Positions 1 through 7,865 of a stretch of 64,000 nucleotides of DNA are shown one piece after another. The stretch lies in the IMG/VR virus record IMGVR_UViG_3300037422_000298; one strand, given 5' to 3'. The stretch comes from a virus. Taxonomy: Duplodnaviria > Caudoviricetes. Under the pieces are notes generated by a model. The model saw nothing but the letters and a program-made list of their open reading frames with translations. It was not told where the DNA came from and ran no database searches. How positions within the stretch are numbered: the stretch's first letter is position 1; every line of letters begins with the position of its first letter. Made by a program: the position numbers and the translations under genes.

Positions 1-1
1 C

Positions 2-79
2 TTCGATCTGTTTACGTTCGATGCCGCGGGCACGACAGCAGCCGATCTAGACTGGTCGTTCGTCGCCGTTCAGAGCTAG
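2..79 (+). CDS. 3' end of a gene entering from the left (..FDLFTFDAAGTTAADLDWSFVAVQS*), beta-rich, fibre/spike-like C-terminus
   Basis: Open frame to TAG at 77-79; product call is a guess from composition. Confidence 0.5.
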   Translation, partial: FDLFTFDAAGTTAADLDWSFVAVQS

Positions 80-540
80 CGCTGGTACGTGTGCTTGAAC
101 GTCAGCTCGATGTAGCACGCGAGGTTCACGATGTTCGGCCCGGTGATGAGGATGGCAGGTCGACCTGCTGATGCCGGATCGACACTGGCGCCGTCGACGG
201 CGAGTGCTGACCAGTACACACCGCCTGCTGCAACGGCGCTGTTCCGCGGTACGACCTTGATCTCACCGCGTGCTGTTGAAAGGCTCGCGATGCTCGTTAG
301 CCCATCGCCACTGAAAACGCGTTGAGCTGCTGCGTCACTGGCGACGGGCGTATTCACGAGCTGTGCGATCGGCTGACCCTTGACGGCATCAGCGGCACGG
401 GCGAGATCGGTGTTTTCCGTGCCGCCCGTCGGTTTGTTGGTGAGGGCTGTTTGCGCAAGACCGCCGCCCACGCCGTCGGAAACAGCGAGCCAACGAAGAC
501 GGTGAGGCGTGCGTTCGACGAGTGTGAGTGCGATTGCCAT
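76..540 (-). CDS. Putative virion protein, paralog family A (MAIALTLVERTPHRLRWLAVSDG...IELTFKHTYQR)
   Basis: ATG at 540 lies 6 nt after -10 TATCAT next to palindrome 556-571; N-terminus resembles 62568-63011, 63021-63374 and 63383-63841. Confidence 0.7.
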   Translation of the reverse strand: MAIALTLVERTPHRLRWLAVSDGVGGGLAQTALTNKPTGGTENTDLARAADAVKGQPIAQLVNTPVASDAAAQRVFSGDGLTSIASLSTARGEIKVVPRNSAVAAGGVYWSALAVDGASVDPASAGRPAILITGPNIVNLACYIELTFKHTYQR

Positions 541-555
541 GCCAGGATGATACCT

Positions 556-571
556 GATCGCTCGCGCGATC
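556..571. promoter_or_regulatory. GATCGC-N4-GCGATC palindrome, bidirectional promoter
   Basis: Plus: GTGG-TACCGT-5nt-GTG(587); minus: AGG-TATCAT-6nt-ATG(540). Confidence 0.8.
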
Positions 572-586
572 GTGGTACCGTAGGGC

Positions 587-904
587 GTGCTCGCGATCGA
601 GAACATCTTCGGCCTCGGCCAGGACGCGACACCCGCGCCGACGCCGACAGTGACAGCCGACAACCGCCGCAACGTGACGCTGCCTGCGGTACCGGATAAC
701 ACCATCGTTCGTTGCAAGTTCGATCCGGTGATCAACGGCATGCGTTGCGAGCCGGTTCAGCTGCTGGAGCCCCCGATCGTATTTATGCTCGCGGCGGGTG
801 GCCTCGCGTCGCTGCTTCTTGGCTATGCGCTCGGTCGCGCGCAGTTCTTCTCGCGATTCGCCAAGCACGTCGCAGAAGATCCGTTACACGTTCGTCGGCG
901 CTAG
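587..904 (+). CDS. Small membrane protein with N-terminal FGLG motif, TM helix and RRR tail
   Basis: ORF track; hydrophobic IVFMLAAGGLASLLLGYALG. Confidence 0.7.
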   Translation: MLAIENIFGLGQDATPAPTPTVTADNRRNVTLPAVPDNTIVRCKFDPVINGMRCEPVQLLEPPIVFMLAAGGLASLLLGYALGRAQFFSRFAKHVAEDPLHVRRR

Positions 905-1260
905 TTCTGACAGCTCGGGCAAAGGTCTTCAGGGCTGTCGCTCGATGATCGCCGCCAACGTTTCTCAACACCGAGCGCGTCGAGCTTTGCGATTGCGTCT
1001 TCGCGGTTTTGGCCGCGCGTCGTGATCGCGACGCCACAACGATCGCAGATGAGGTCGGCTTCGGAGTAGCGATCGCCGAGCTTCGAGAGGTCCGGCGGCG
1101 TGTCCATGTGATCGAGGCAGAAAAACGGACCATCGGGAAGTCGTGGGTCGTCCTTCGCGACGAAGAGATGTGTTGGGCAGTTCGCGCACGACACGGTCAC
1201 ATGCGGGACGCTCGGATCGTCTGGGTCGGCGCCTTCAAGCGGCCAAAGCAGCTTCTTCAA
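901..1260 (-). CDS. Cys-rich (Zn-finger-like) hypothetical protein
   Basis: CANC, CDRC and CPSC motifs; TTG start overlapping the upstream stop is inferred. Confidence 0.55.
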   Translation of the reverse strand: MKKLLWPLEGADPDDPSVPHVTVSCANCPTHLFVAKDDPRLPDGPFFCLDHMDTPPDLSKLGDRYSEADLICDRCGVAITTRGQNREDAIAKLDALGVEKRWRRSSSDSPEDLCPSCQN

Positions 1261-1580
1261 GCGCTCACCGGAGTCGACCACAACGACTGTTTGAAGCCGA
1301 CGCTCTTGGGCTGTGTTCGCACGAGCGCGATCGGCGGACGCTTCTGCTTGGCGTCGTCGGCGGTCTCCCAAACAGCAAGAACGATCGCACCGATGTCGTC
1401 ACCATCTTTTTGGGTGTACGGCATGCACGCGGCGACCGGCCAACGACGAAATACGGAGCGCGCGATCTGCTTCTCGCGCTCAGCGCTGTCGATCAGATCG
1501 GCCTGCGTGACGTCTTCAGGCTTCAAGAGGTAGAGGCGATACGTCGACACGCGCCCGAACCTAACGCTTGACGCTTCCAC
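1257..1580 (-). CDS. Hypothetical protein
   Basis: ORF track; coupled to the downstream ORF. Confidence 0.5.
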   Translation of the reverse strand: MEASSVRFGRVSTYRLYLLKPEDVTQADLIDSAEREKQIARSVFRRWPVAACMPYTQKDGDDIGAIVLAVWETADDAKQKRPPIALVRTQPKSVGFKQSLWSTPVSA

Positions 1581-1661
1581 CGTCGACCGCTACAGTCGTC
1601 GTCGTGAAGTTCTCGCGCCGGTCATCTCGCTCGTCTAGTAGCAGTCGCTAAAGCGACTCCT

Positions 1662-1747
1662 GGAAGGTGAGGTCCGCATGGCGTGGACGCCCGTCTCGAA
1701 AACGGGAAGCCCTTAACTGTGGCCGGGTTCGATTCCCAAACCTTCCG
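1662..1747 (+). tRNA. tRNA-Ser(CGA), non-canonical (8/4-like)
   Basis: Acceptor GGAAGGT/ACCTTCC, anticodon arm CCCGT-CTCGAAA-ACGGG, long variable arm, GGGTTCGATTCCC T-arm, G discriminator, no encoded CCA. Confidence 0.8.
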
Positions 1748-1752
1748 CTGCT

Positions 1753-1837
1753 GGAAAGAAAGCTCAGGCGGGTGCAGAGGCCCGGTTGCTAACCGGGTAG
1801 GCGCGTCAGCGTCCGGGTTCGAGTCCCATTCTTTCCG
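1753..1837 (+). tRNA. tRNA-Ser(GCT), non-canonical (8/4-like)
   Basis: Acceptor GGAAAGAA/TTCTTTCC (8 bp), anticodon arm CCCGG-TTGCTAA-CCGGG, variable arm GCGC-GTCA-GCGT, GGGTTCGAGTCCC T-arm. Confidence 0.8.
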
Positions 1838-1858
1838 CGAAAAAAGTTGCGATCGCTG

Positions 1859-1887
1859 TTGACGGCTGCGATCCGTTCGGGCATCGT
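1859..1887 (+). promoter_or_regulatory. Sigma70-like promoter for the putative ncRNA
   Basis: TTGACG-17 nt-CATCGT. Confidence 0.5.
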
Positions 1888-2021
1888 GCGTCCACCTTGA
1901 ACCCCGGATGTGTCGTCGCGAGACGCCACAGCGTTCACTCCGAGTCGACCGGGCACCGACGTAGGACGTCACGACCTGACGTGGAAGACTCTAGCTGGGT
2001 GGGGACTAAGGTCGAACCAGC

Positions 2022-2108
2022 GACAGCGACGGAGAGACGACGCGGACAGTTCGGAAAGACGAGCGAGACGGTCTGGAGAGACAGGCAGGACGGCCCGGAG
2101 AGACGGGC
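2022..2108 (+). repeat. 4 x 22-23 nt unit GAC(A/G)G-NNN-GGA(G/A)AGAC-complement
   Basis: Stems CGAC/GACG, GTTC/GAGC, GTCT/AGGC and GCCC/GGGC around a conserved loop. Confidence 0.8.
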
Positions 2109-2113
2109 AAAAG

Positions 2114-2147
2114 GAGGGCTCGACGCAAGTCGGGCTCTTCGTTTTTT
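2114..2147 (+). terminator. Intrinsic terminator
   Basis: GAGGGCTCGAC-GCAA-GTCGGGCTCTT followed by CGTTTTTT. Confidence 0.75.
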
Positions 2148-2150
2148 CGG

Positions 2151-2435
2151 CTACCGCACAAGCGGCAGCGATCGTCGTCGCAGTGACGCCGCCCAACGCT
2201 TCGCCGCAGCAAGCCCGGCGCGATACGAACAGGTGTCGCAGAACGCGACCCATACCCACTCCACGGCATCCTCTGGATCAAGTAACGCTGTTCCACAACC
2301 GCAACAGACGTTGAGCGTGTACTTCACGCGCAGGTCATTGGCGAACGCGTAGTGCTCGGCAGCACCGGCCGCGCTGATCGCATCGAGCACGTCGCCGAGC
2401 TTCACACCATCAGGAAACACGTGCTCGCGATTCAT
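2151..2435 (-). CDS. Small Cys-containing hypothetical protein
   Basis: ORF track; CCGC/CDTC; overlaps upstream stop. Confidence 0.55.
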   Translation of the reverse strand: MNREHVFPDGVKLGDVLDAISAAGAAEHYAFANDLRVKYTLNVCCGCGTALLDPEDAVEWVWVAFCDTCSYRAGLAAAKRWAASLRRRSLPLVR

Positions 2436-2833
2436 CGTCGAACGATCGACCAGTCGAGCACTGTGGAGCGGGTGTCACCGATAGCGTGCGCGATCGAACG
2501 GACGACCGCCTTGCGCAGCTCTTTTCCAGCCCGTTCAACGATCCACGACCACTTCGCACCGAGTACCTGTGTGTTGTCTTCAGCTAGCCCACGCCACTCT
2601 TTGAGCGTCATCGTCGATGCAATCGCGGCGATCGCATCTTGACCGCTTGGTTGATCGAGGTCGCGTAGTCGAACTCGGAGCGTCTTCAAACGCAGCGCGA
2701 GGCCGCGCAACCACAACAGGCGCGTTCCGACCATCGGCAGTTGCATGTCGCGTACGACGTTCGCGAGCATCGTCGCGACGTGTGTCGAAGCGATACGTTC
2801 CGAACGACGCGTAGGTGGTTGACGTCTCGACAT
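2432..2833 (-). CDS. Hypothetical protein
   Basis: ATG at 2833 overlaps the upstream stop. Confidence 0.55.
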   Translation of the reverse strand: MSRRQPPTRRSERIASTHVATMLANVVRDMQLPMVGTRLLWLRGLALRLKTLRVRLRDLDQPSGQDAIAAIASTMTLKEWRGLAEDNTQVLGAKWSWIVERAGKELRKAVVRSIAHAIGDTRSTVLDWSIVRR

Positions 2834-3060
2834 CACTTCACTCGCAAGATCAGAAACTGTTCGGACCAGTTCGTGTCGGGCTCGACGAGATCGCACGCGT
2901 AGAGCGCGCTGATCGCGTCGTCGACCGTGTCGAACCATTGCGCCTGTTCGACGTCCGGTGACCACGTTCCACCGACGCCCGTGTCCACCAACCAGTATCG
3001 ATTCTCGACGTCAGCCTCGACGTGTCGATAGACGGCGTACTTCGACGTGTCAACGTTCAT
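2833..3060 (-). CDS. Hypothetical protein
   Basis: ORF track; coupled operon. Confidence 0.55.
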   Translation of the reverse strand: MNVDTSKYAVYRHVEADVENRYWLVDTGVGGTWSPDVEQAQWFDTVDDAISALYACDLVEPDTNWSEQFLILRVK

Positions 3061-3736
3061 GATCGTCGGGCTCGGGTTCTTCAGCAGGTCGATCGATCGC
3101 AGCGGAACCGCGGCGCAGCTGACGACGAACGGGCGCCGTCACGATCGATCCGCCGTCGTCGAACGGCATGGGAGCGCCGGTTGTCATCGGCAATGCAGAA
3201 GACGGAGCAACCGGCGTGCTCGCACTCGCGCGCTTCCACGCAGCCATCTCGACATCACTGAGGCCCTGTCCCTGTCGGAGCTTGTCGACGAACGGTGCGT
3301 CGACCACCTGTGCAGCCTGGGCACGTTCGGCGATCGCGTTGACGGCCGCACTCTGGTCACCTCCCGCGCGCGCGATGAAGAACGCGTCGTAGGCACGCGC
3401 AGCCTCCTCGGGCGTGTCGTACACGCCGATCCGTTCCTGGTGCCCTTCGCGTGAGACCACCGCCGCCCAGCGCTTGCCGTAAGGATGGACCCCCCGATAG
3501 CCACTCCGAGTCGCGTGTAATGATTTCGGCGTTTTATGTGTGCTGCTCACGAGCGGCAAAACCTGCTTCGCCGAGCGACGTGGAAAGGCATGAACGCTCT
3601 GCGCGTTTGCGTACAGCTCGATGATAAGCCCGCGAATATGTTCGGGCGTAGGCGTGAACCGTTTGTCGGCACCGTCTTGAAGCCATTTCAGGACCGGTGT
3701 CGGCAGGGAGATCGTGATCCGCTCGTTCTTACTCAT
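3050..3736 (-). CDS. Ribbon-helix-helix + AP2-domain DNA-binding protein
   Basis: N-term RITISLPTPVLKWLQDGA (RHH/CopG-like); SGYRGV..KRWAAVV..RIGVYDTPEEAARAYD (AP2 signature). Confidence 0.75.
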   Translation of the reverse strand: MSKNERITISLPTPVLKWLQDGADKRFTPTPEHIRGLIIELYANAQSVHAFPRRSAKQVLPLVSSTHKTPKSLHATRSGYRGVHPYGKRWAAVVSREGHQERIGVYDTPEEAARAYDAFFIARAGGDQSAAVNAIAERAQAAQVVDAPFVDKLRQGQGLSDVEMAAWKRASASTPVAPSSALPMTTGAPMPFDDGGSIVTAPVRRQLRRGSAAIDRPAEEPEPDDHER

Positions 3737-3923
3737 GCAGAATTGCTAGCTTTCATGTTTCGTACATGAGTTATTCATGCGAGTCAACGAAAGTGCGGTT
3801 TTGCAGCTCTAGAGCTGCAAATCGACCACGACATAAAACGTTGATCTCCCGTCGCCGAGATCGCTCCAAACGAGCTTCATTGGTCAAACCAATTGATTTT
3901 TCGTCTAAGCCCTTGAAATATGA

Positions 3924-4053
3924 CAGTTGCTGTGGTTGCATTGAGTAGTCTCTACTTTCTGATCTAGAGGAAAAAAATAAATGAAATAAATGGAGTTGAT
4001 ATAAATAGGAGATCAGGGGATTAGACCCCTTCCCAACGCAACCACAGCAACTG
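3924..4053. other. AT-rich element flanked by a 20-bp inverted repeat; candidate replication origin
   Basis: CAGTTGCTGTGGTTGCATTG (3924-3943) / CAACGCAACCACAGCAACTG (4034-4053), 1 mismatch; inner IR CTGATCT/AGATCAG; A-rich core. Confidence 0.55.
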
Positions 4054-4155
4054 GTTTGGTTAGGTCAACGACACTCTGCATACGCAGTCACGCGAATTGA
4101 TTACGATCACGCGCGACTGTTCGTACCGGGCCCGAGCTGCTGTAACTTGCGTCAG

Positions 4156-4911
4156 CTACGGCGTTTCAGTCGAATTACCTTGTCCCCACCCGTGCTTAGC
4201 TAGATGCGCCGCGAAGTCGTTCTCACCGGCCATGATCGCCGCCTCGAACGCGGCTAGCAGGTCATCATCGGTGCCTGGGATCGGCATTCGTCCAGCTGCG
4301 ACGACAAAACGCCAGATCCGTTCGACGCCTGCACTGGTTTCTAGTGGAATTCCAGCTTCTTGTAGCTCGGATTTCGCACCCATCACGGCGTCGTGCGCGT
4401 AGCTTCGATCGTCCATCTCGATGCCGTTGGCGGCAGCCTTCTCGGTGAGCGCTGCAGCCCACCAGGCGAGCCGCGCAGCGCGTACCGCAAGCGGTACAGT
4501 GCCCTCGACCTGCGCCATCGCACGCGCTTCTACGAACTCCAGGTCCCATTGCGCGCGTGCCTCGTCGTCATCGTGGATCGCCTTGCGCCAGTCGGCCCAC
4601 CACTGGTGGTGCTGCAGGAACCGGTCGCTGTCGACAAGCGGCGTGAGCCGCGCTTTGGCGTCTTTCGCCTGCCAATACGCGTCGGAGATGCGTCGACCTT
4701 CGATCTCGCCGGTACGAACGATCTTGGGAATCCCTGCGAACGAACCTGCCGCTTCCGTCGCAAGAGCGATCGCGGCGTCGTGCCCGTCAGGCGGTTTTCG
4801 TCGAGGACGCTTCTCATTCAGGTAGTTCGCAAGTCCGGCAAGCGTCCCGATCGCTGGGCGGACATCCGGCCAAACATCGCCGGTCAACGGTGAGCAGTAC
4901 GCACGAGGCAT
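4156..4911 (-). CDS. Hypothetical protein
   Basis: ORF track, 251 aa. Confidence 0.6.
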   Translation of the reverse strand: MPRAYCSPLTGDVWPDVRPAIGTLAGLANYLNEKRPRRKPPDGHDAAIALATEAAGSFAGIPKIVRTGEIEGRRISDAYWQAKDAKARLTPLVDSDRFLQHHQWWADWRKAIHDDDEARAQWDLEFVEARAMAQVEGTVPLAVRAARLAWWAAALTEKAAANGIEMDDRSYAHDAVMGAKSELQEAGIPLETSAGVERIWRFVVAAGRMPIPGTDDDLLAAFEAAIMAGENDFAAHLAKHGWGQGNSTETP

Positions 4912-4951
4912 GTTCGCATCGTGCGCGCGGCGCGCGGCGTTGTCGAGCGCA

Positions 4952-5281
4952 CTACTGGACGTCGCGGTGAAGCAGTCCGTGCATGTAGCTCTTCATGTCG
5001 CTGAACTTGGGCTGCAGCTCTTCTTCGCAGGCCTTGCAGACTGGGACCTCTTCCCAGATCTCTTCGTCGTGAACGCGGTTCTGGAACACGGCGATACGTC
5101 CCGCCACCAGCTCGACTGCACACTTGCGACAGATGTTGTCCCAGCCGTAGCGCTCTGCGATCTCGTTCGCGAGGCGGTAGTCGTTCGCGAGCGCGGCGGC
5201 CTGGATCGCGTCCCGGATGGCGTCGCCCGTGACACCGCCCTCGTAGATCTCGCGCCCGTACGCATCGTAGAGCAGCGCCAC
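4952..5281 (-). CDS. Paralog family C Zn-binding protein (IRDAIQAA...ICRKC...VCKAC)
   Basis: Motif shared with 16342-16845, 16842-17204 and 52571-52840. Confidence 0.65.
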   Translation of the reverse strand: MALLYDAYGREIYEGGVTGDAIRDAIQAAALANDYRLANEIAERYGWDNICRKCAVELVAGRIAVFQNRVHDEEIWEEVPVCKACEEELQPKFSDMKSYMHGLLHRDVQ

Positions 5282-5290
5282 GCGCTGATA

Positions 5291-5734
5291 CTACTCGTCG
5301 GACGGCTTCTCGGGTAGCGGCCGATCGACGGGCGTATCTTCCTCGTCGGGATCCGCGTCGTCGTTCTCGATGTCGGCTTGCTCGACCTTCACGACGTCGC
5401 GCGTGGACGTGCGACCGTACGGCAGCTCTTCGAGCGGGACGCGTACGAGCGGTACCATCTCACCTGTGGGGACGCGAACCGGCGTGATGTCGTCGTCGTT
5501 CACGAACGGCGGCATGACCAGATGCAACATTCGCTCGGGGTGATCGACGGCATCGACGAGAATGAACAGGTCACGGCCTGCATTCACACGAAGACCCGGC
5601 AAGCGCCCGAGCCTTCGCAGCTCATGCACGTTGTTCCAGATCTGCGCGAGCGTCTCGCCCTCGACGCGTGCTTCGGCGTACGCCAGGAACTTTCCGGTGA
5701 TCCGGAAGTACGTGAGCTGGACTCTGTACGCCAT
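5291..5734 (-). CDS. Hypothetical protein with acidic tail
   Basis: ORF track. Confidence 0.6.
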   Translation of the reverse strand: MAYRVQLTYFRITGKFLAYAEARVEGETLAQIWNNVHELRRLGRLPGLRVNAGRDLFILVDAVDHPERMLHLVMPPFVNDDDITPVRVPTGEMVPLVRVPLEELPYGRTSTRDVVKVEQADIENDDADPDEEDTPVDRPLPEKPSDE

Positions 5735-5768
5735 GACCTGAATGTAGCGGCGGCTTCGCCGCGAAGCT

Positions 5769-6341
5769 CTAACGCTTCTTCTGCTTCTTTTTGGTCTTCG
5801 TCGTCGGCGAAGAACCGGGCGCCTCCGGCGGCGGCGTCGCTTCGACTTCGTCGAACGAAATCGAAATCTCCTCGTCGAGCGTCGGGCTGGAGTCGCGCGA
5901 CGCCACGACGAGATCGGTCAGCTGCTCCTTGGGCATCACTGCTGTCGGCTCCGGTGCCGTGATCGGTGCAGGTGTTGGTGGCGGCGGCAACGGCGCAGGC
6001 GGCGTAGGCGGTTCCGGCGGCGCGGGAGGGGGCGGCAGCGGTTCCGGCGGTGCGGGAGGGGGCGGCAGCGGCGCCGGAGGAGGGAGCGGCTTCGCGACAG
6101 CTGCAGGTTTCGCGGACGGTGCTGCCGGAGCCATTTGCGCGACCGCGGCAGCCAGATCCTCGACGGAGAGTTTGAAGTAGCGCGCGACCTGCTCCAGCGC
6201 CTCGTCTGGGACGAGATCCGGATCGATGGTCAGGTTCCACATCTGACCGAGACGCCGTAACGTGACCGGCGAACCGGCGAACGTCCTCTTGCGGCTCTCG
6301 ACGTACGCAGCGAGGGCTTGGGTCTTCACGGAGTGCGCCAT
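5769..6341 (-). CDS. Proline-rich protein with Lys-rich tail
   Basis: ATG 6341 is 6 nt after -10 TACCGT; PPPPAPPEP repeats. Confidence 0.7.
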   Translation of the reverse strand: MAHSVKTQALAAYVESRKRTFAGSPVTLRRLGQMWNLTIDPDLVPDEALEQVARYFKLSVEDLAAAVAQMAPAAPSAKPAAVAKPLPPPAPLPPPPAPPEPLPPPPAPPEPPTPPAPLPPPPTPAPITAPEPTAVMPKEQLTDLVVASRDSSPTLDEEISISFDEVEATPPPEAPGSSPTTKTKKKQKKR

Positions 6342-6358
6342 ACCCCAACGGTACACCC

Positions 6359-6374
6359 GATCGCTCGCGCGATC
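6359..6374 (-). promoter_or_regulatory. GATCGC-N4-GCGATC promoter palindrome
   Basis: Minus: GGGTG-TACCGT-6nt-ATG(6341). Confidence 0.8.
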
Positions 6375-6377
6375 GAG

Positions 6378-7040
6378 TTACCGCGAACGGCGGTCATACC
6401 GCGAGATCACGAACACGGCGACACCAGCCAGCGCGAGACCGCCGATGACCGCTCCCACGATCTTGGCGCGATTTGAAATGCCGACGGGCTCTACCGACGT
6501 CACCTCCAACTGGATCTGTACCGCTTGCAGATTCTTGAGCGCGTCCTGTGCAGCCGCTGCCGTCGGACGTATCGACGGCGGCCCCAGTTGATCGATCAAG
6601 GCCTTGAGCAGCAACAAGGCGCGCTGTCGAACCTCTGGCTGCGTCGTCCTCGAAAAATTGTCGACGATGCCTTGAATCGCCTGACCGTAGAACCCGGCGG
6701 TTCCTGTATCAGGGATCTGGCCGCCGCGTACCGCAGCGTCAACCGACGCCGTCAGCGTACTGACTGCCAGATCAGGATTCGTCCTGGCGTGCTCGCGAAG
6801 CGCGAGCACCAGACCGGTAGGGATCTCTGCTAGCGGCGAAAACGGTGCGGGTAGCAACGCGTCGACAACCACACGCAGTGTCCGCTCGTTCGGTGGCGTC
6901 ACGAATAGCAGCGCATCGACGAGCTTCTTCGTGTCGTTGATGGTGGTGCCGCACTTCGGCGGAAACTGCGGGATCGCGTTCTTACCGAATTCACGCGTCT
7001 GCGTCAGGCACGCTACAAAGTTATCGACCGCGTCCGCCAC
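6378..7040 (-). CDS. Paralog family B membrane-anchored protein
   Basis: LREHARTNPDLA motif; C-terminal TM + YDRRSR; GTG start 6 nt after -10. Confidence 0.7.
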   Translation of the reverse strand: MADAVDNFVACLTQTREFGKNAIPQFPPKCGTTINDTKKLVDALLFVTPPNERTLRVVVDALLPAPFSPLAEIPTGLVLALREHARTNPDLAVSTLTASVDAAVRGGQIPDTGTAGFYGQAIQGIVDNFSRTTQPEVRQRALLLLKALIDQLGPPSIRPTAAAAQDALKNLQAVQIQLEVTSVEPVGISNRAKIVGAVIGGLALAGVAVFVISRYDRRSR

Positions 7041-7057
7041 GTTGATAAAGTACACCC

Positions 7058-7073
7058 GATCGCGTCCGCGATC
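7058..7073 (-). promoter_or_regulatory. GATCGC-N4-GCGATC promoter palindrome
   Basis: Minus: GGGTG-TACTTT-6nt-GTG(7040). Confidence 0.8.
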
Positions 7074-7091
7074 GACGTGCCTTCGTGACAG

Positions 7092-7862
7092 CTATCGGGA
7101 TCGCCGTACTCGGCCTTGTCGGATTTGGTCTTCTACTCGGCGCCGCAAGGGCCCTGCGCTGAGCGCGTATGCGCGCCGCGGCGTCCTTCGTGCGAAGTAC
7201 CAAATCAACAACGCACTACTACTGACGAGCGCGACACCCGTCAACGCAAGCACGACGGTTCGAGCGCGCGACATACGCGCTTCGGGCGATCCCGGTGCGG
7301 GCGTCGGCTCTGGGATCGGCGTCGGCGTCGGCGTCGGCGTGGGCGTCGGTGTCGGCGTTGACTCTGCAAGTTTGGGAAGTGCTTCTCGCGCGATCTTTGC
7401 GGTGTCCGGCAGTGTCCCCGACAGATCTGCGAGCGACTTGACGAACAGTCGTGCCTTCGTCTTGATGTCCGCGCCGACAGCCTTTGGAAAGTTCTCGACG
7501 ACGCCTGCGATCGGCTCGGCGAAAAACCCGTCGATGACGAAGCCCGTCGTATCACGGAGGTACAGCTCCATGATGTTCAAGAGGTGCTGGATCGCGACGT
7601 CAGGATTCGCCGCTGCATGGCGCCGCAACGCGCCGATGAATGAACTTGGGTAGAACTGATTCTGCGCACCGCGCGGCCCCGACGGTCCTTGCAGAATCCC
7701 TTCAGCCATGAGGTTCAATGCGCGAAGGTTCGGTGGAGTGATCTGCTCGACCGCTTCCGGGGTAATGCCCGCACAACCGGTGATGCCTGATCCAGAAAAG
7801 CCGATTTTCACGCACTCTTCGAGTGCGTTCAGTGTATCGGTCGTGGCGTCACCGAAACGCAT
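7092..7862 (-). CDS. Paralog family B membrane-anchored protein with Pro-Thr linker
   Basis: Starts MRFGD; LRRHAAANPDVA; (PT)n; C-terminal TM + Arg tail. Confidence 0.7.
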   Translation of the reverse strand: MRFGDATTDTLNALEECVKIGFSGSGITGCAGITPEAVEQITPPNLRALNLMAEGILQGPSGPRGAQNQFYPSSFIGALRRHAAANPDVAIQHLLNIMELYLRDTTGFVIDGFFAEPIAGVVENFPKAVGADIKTKARLFVKSLADLSGTLPDTAKIAREALPKLAESTPTPTPTPTPTPTPIPEPTPAPGSPEARMSRARTVVLALTGVALVSSSALLIWYFARRTPRRAYALSAGPLRRRVEDQIRQGRVRRSR

Positions 7863-7865
7863 CGT

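Larger units (their letters stand above)
1894..2147 (+). ncRNA. Putative ~250-nt ncRNA with four tandem GGA(G/A)AGAC-loop hairpins
   Basis: Bounded by a promoter and an intrinsic terminator; no credible ORF; repeat units start at 2022, 2045, 2067 and 2089. Confidence 0.55.

Noticed and set aside
556-571. Palindrome as cyanobacterial HIP1 or as a terminator/REP
   Set aside because: It is a spaced dyad rather than GCGATCGC, lacks a U-tract and keeps a fixed distance to -10 boxes and start codons
1662-1747. Selenocysteine or suppressor tRNA
   Set aside because: Anticodon is CGA (Ser), not TCA/CTA; ORFs terminate normally at TGA/TAG/TAA, so there is no sign of recoding
2022-2108. Possible mini-CRISPR array
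   Set aside because: Units are 22-23 nt in total with no unique spacers; the variable bases are complementary stem arms
5960-6100. G-rich tandem repeats
   Set aside because: Reverse complement of the poly-Pro coding region of 5769-6341
7301-7358. (GTCGGC)n microsatellite
   Set aside because: Encodes the Pro-Thr linker of 7092-7862
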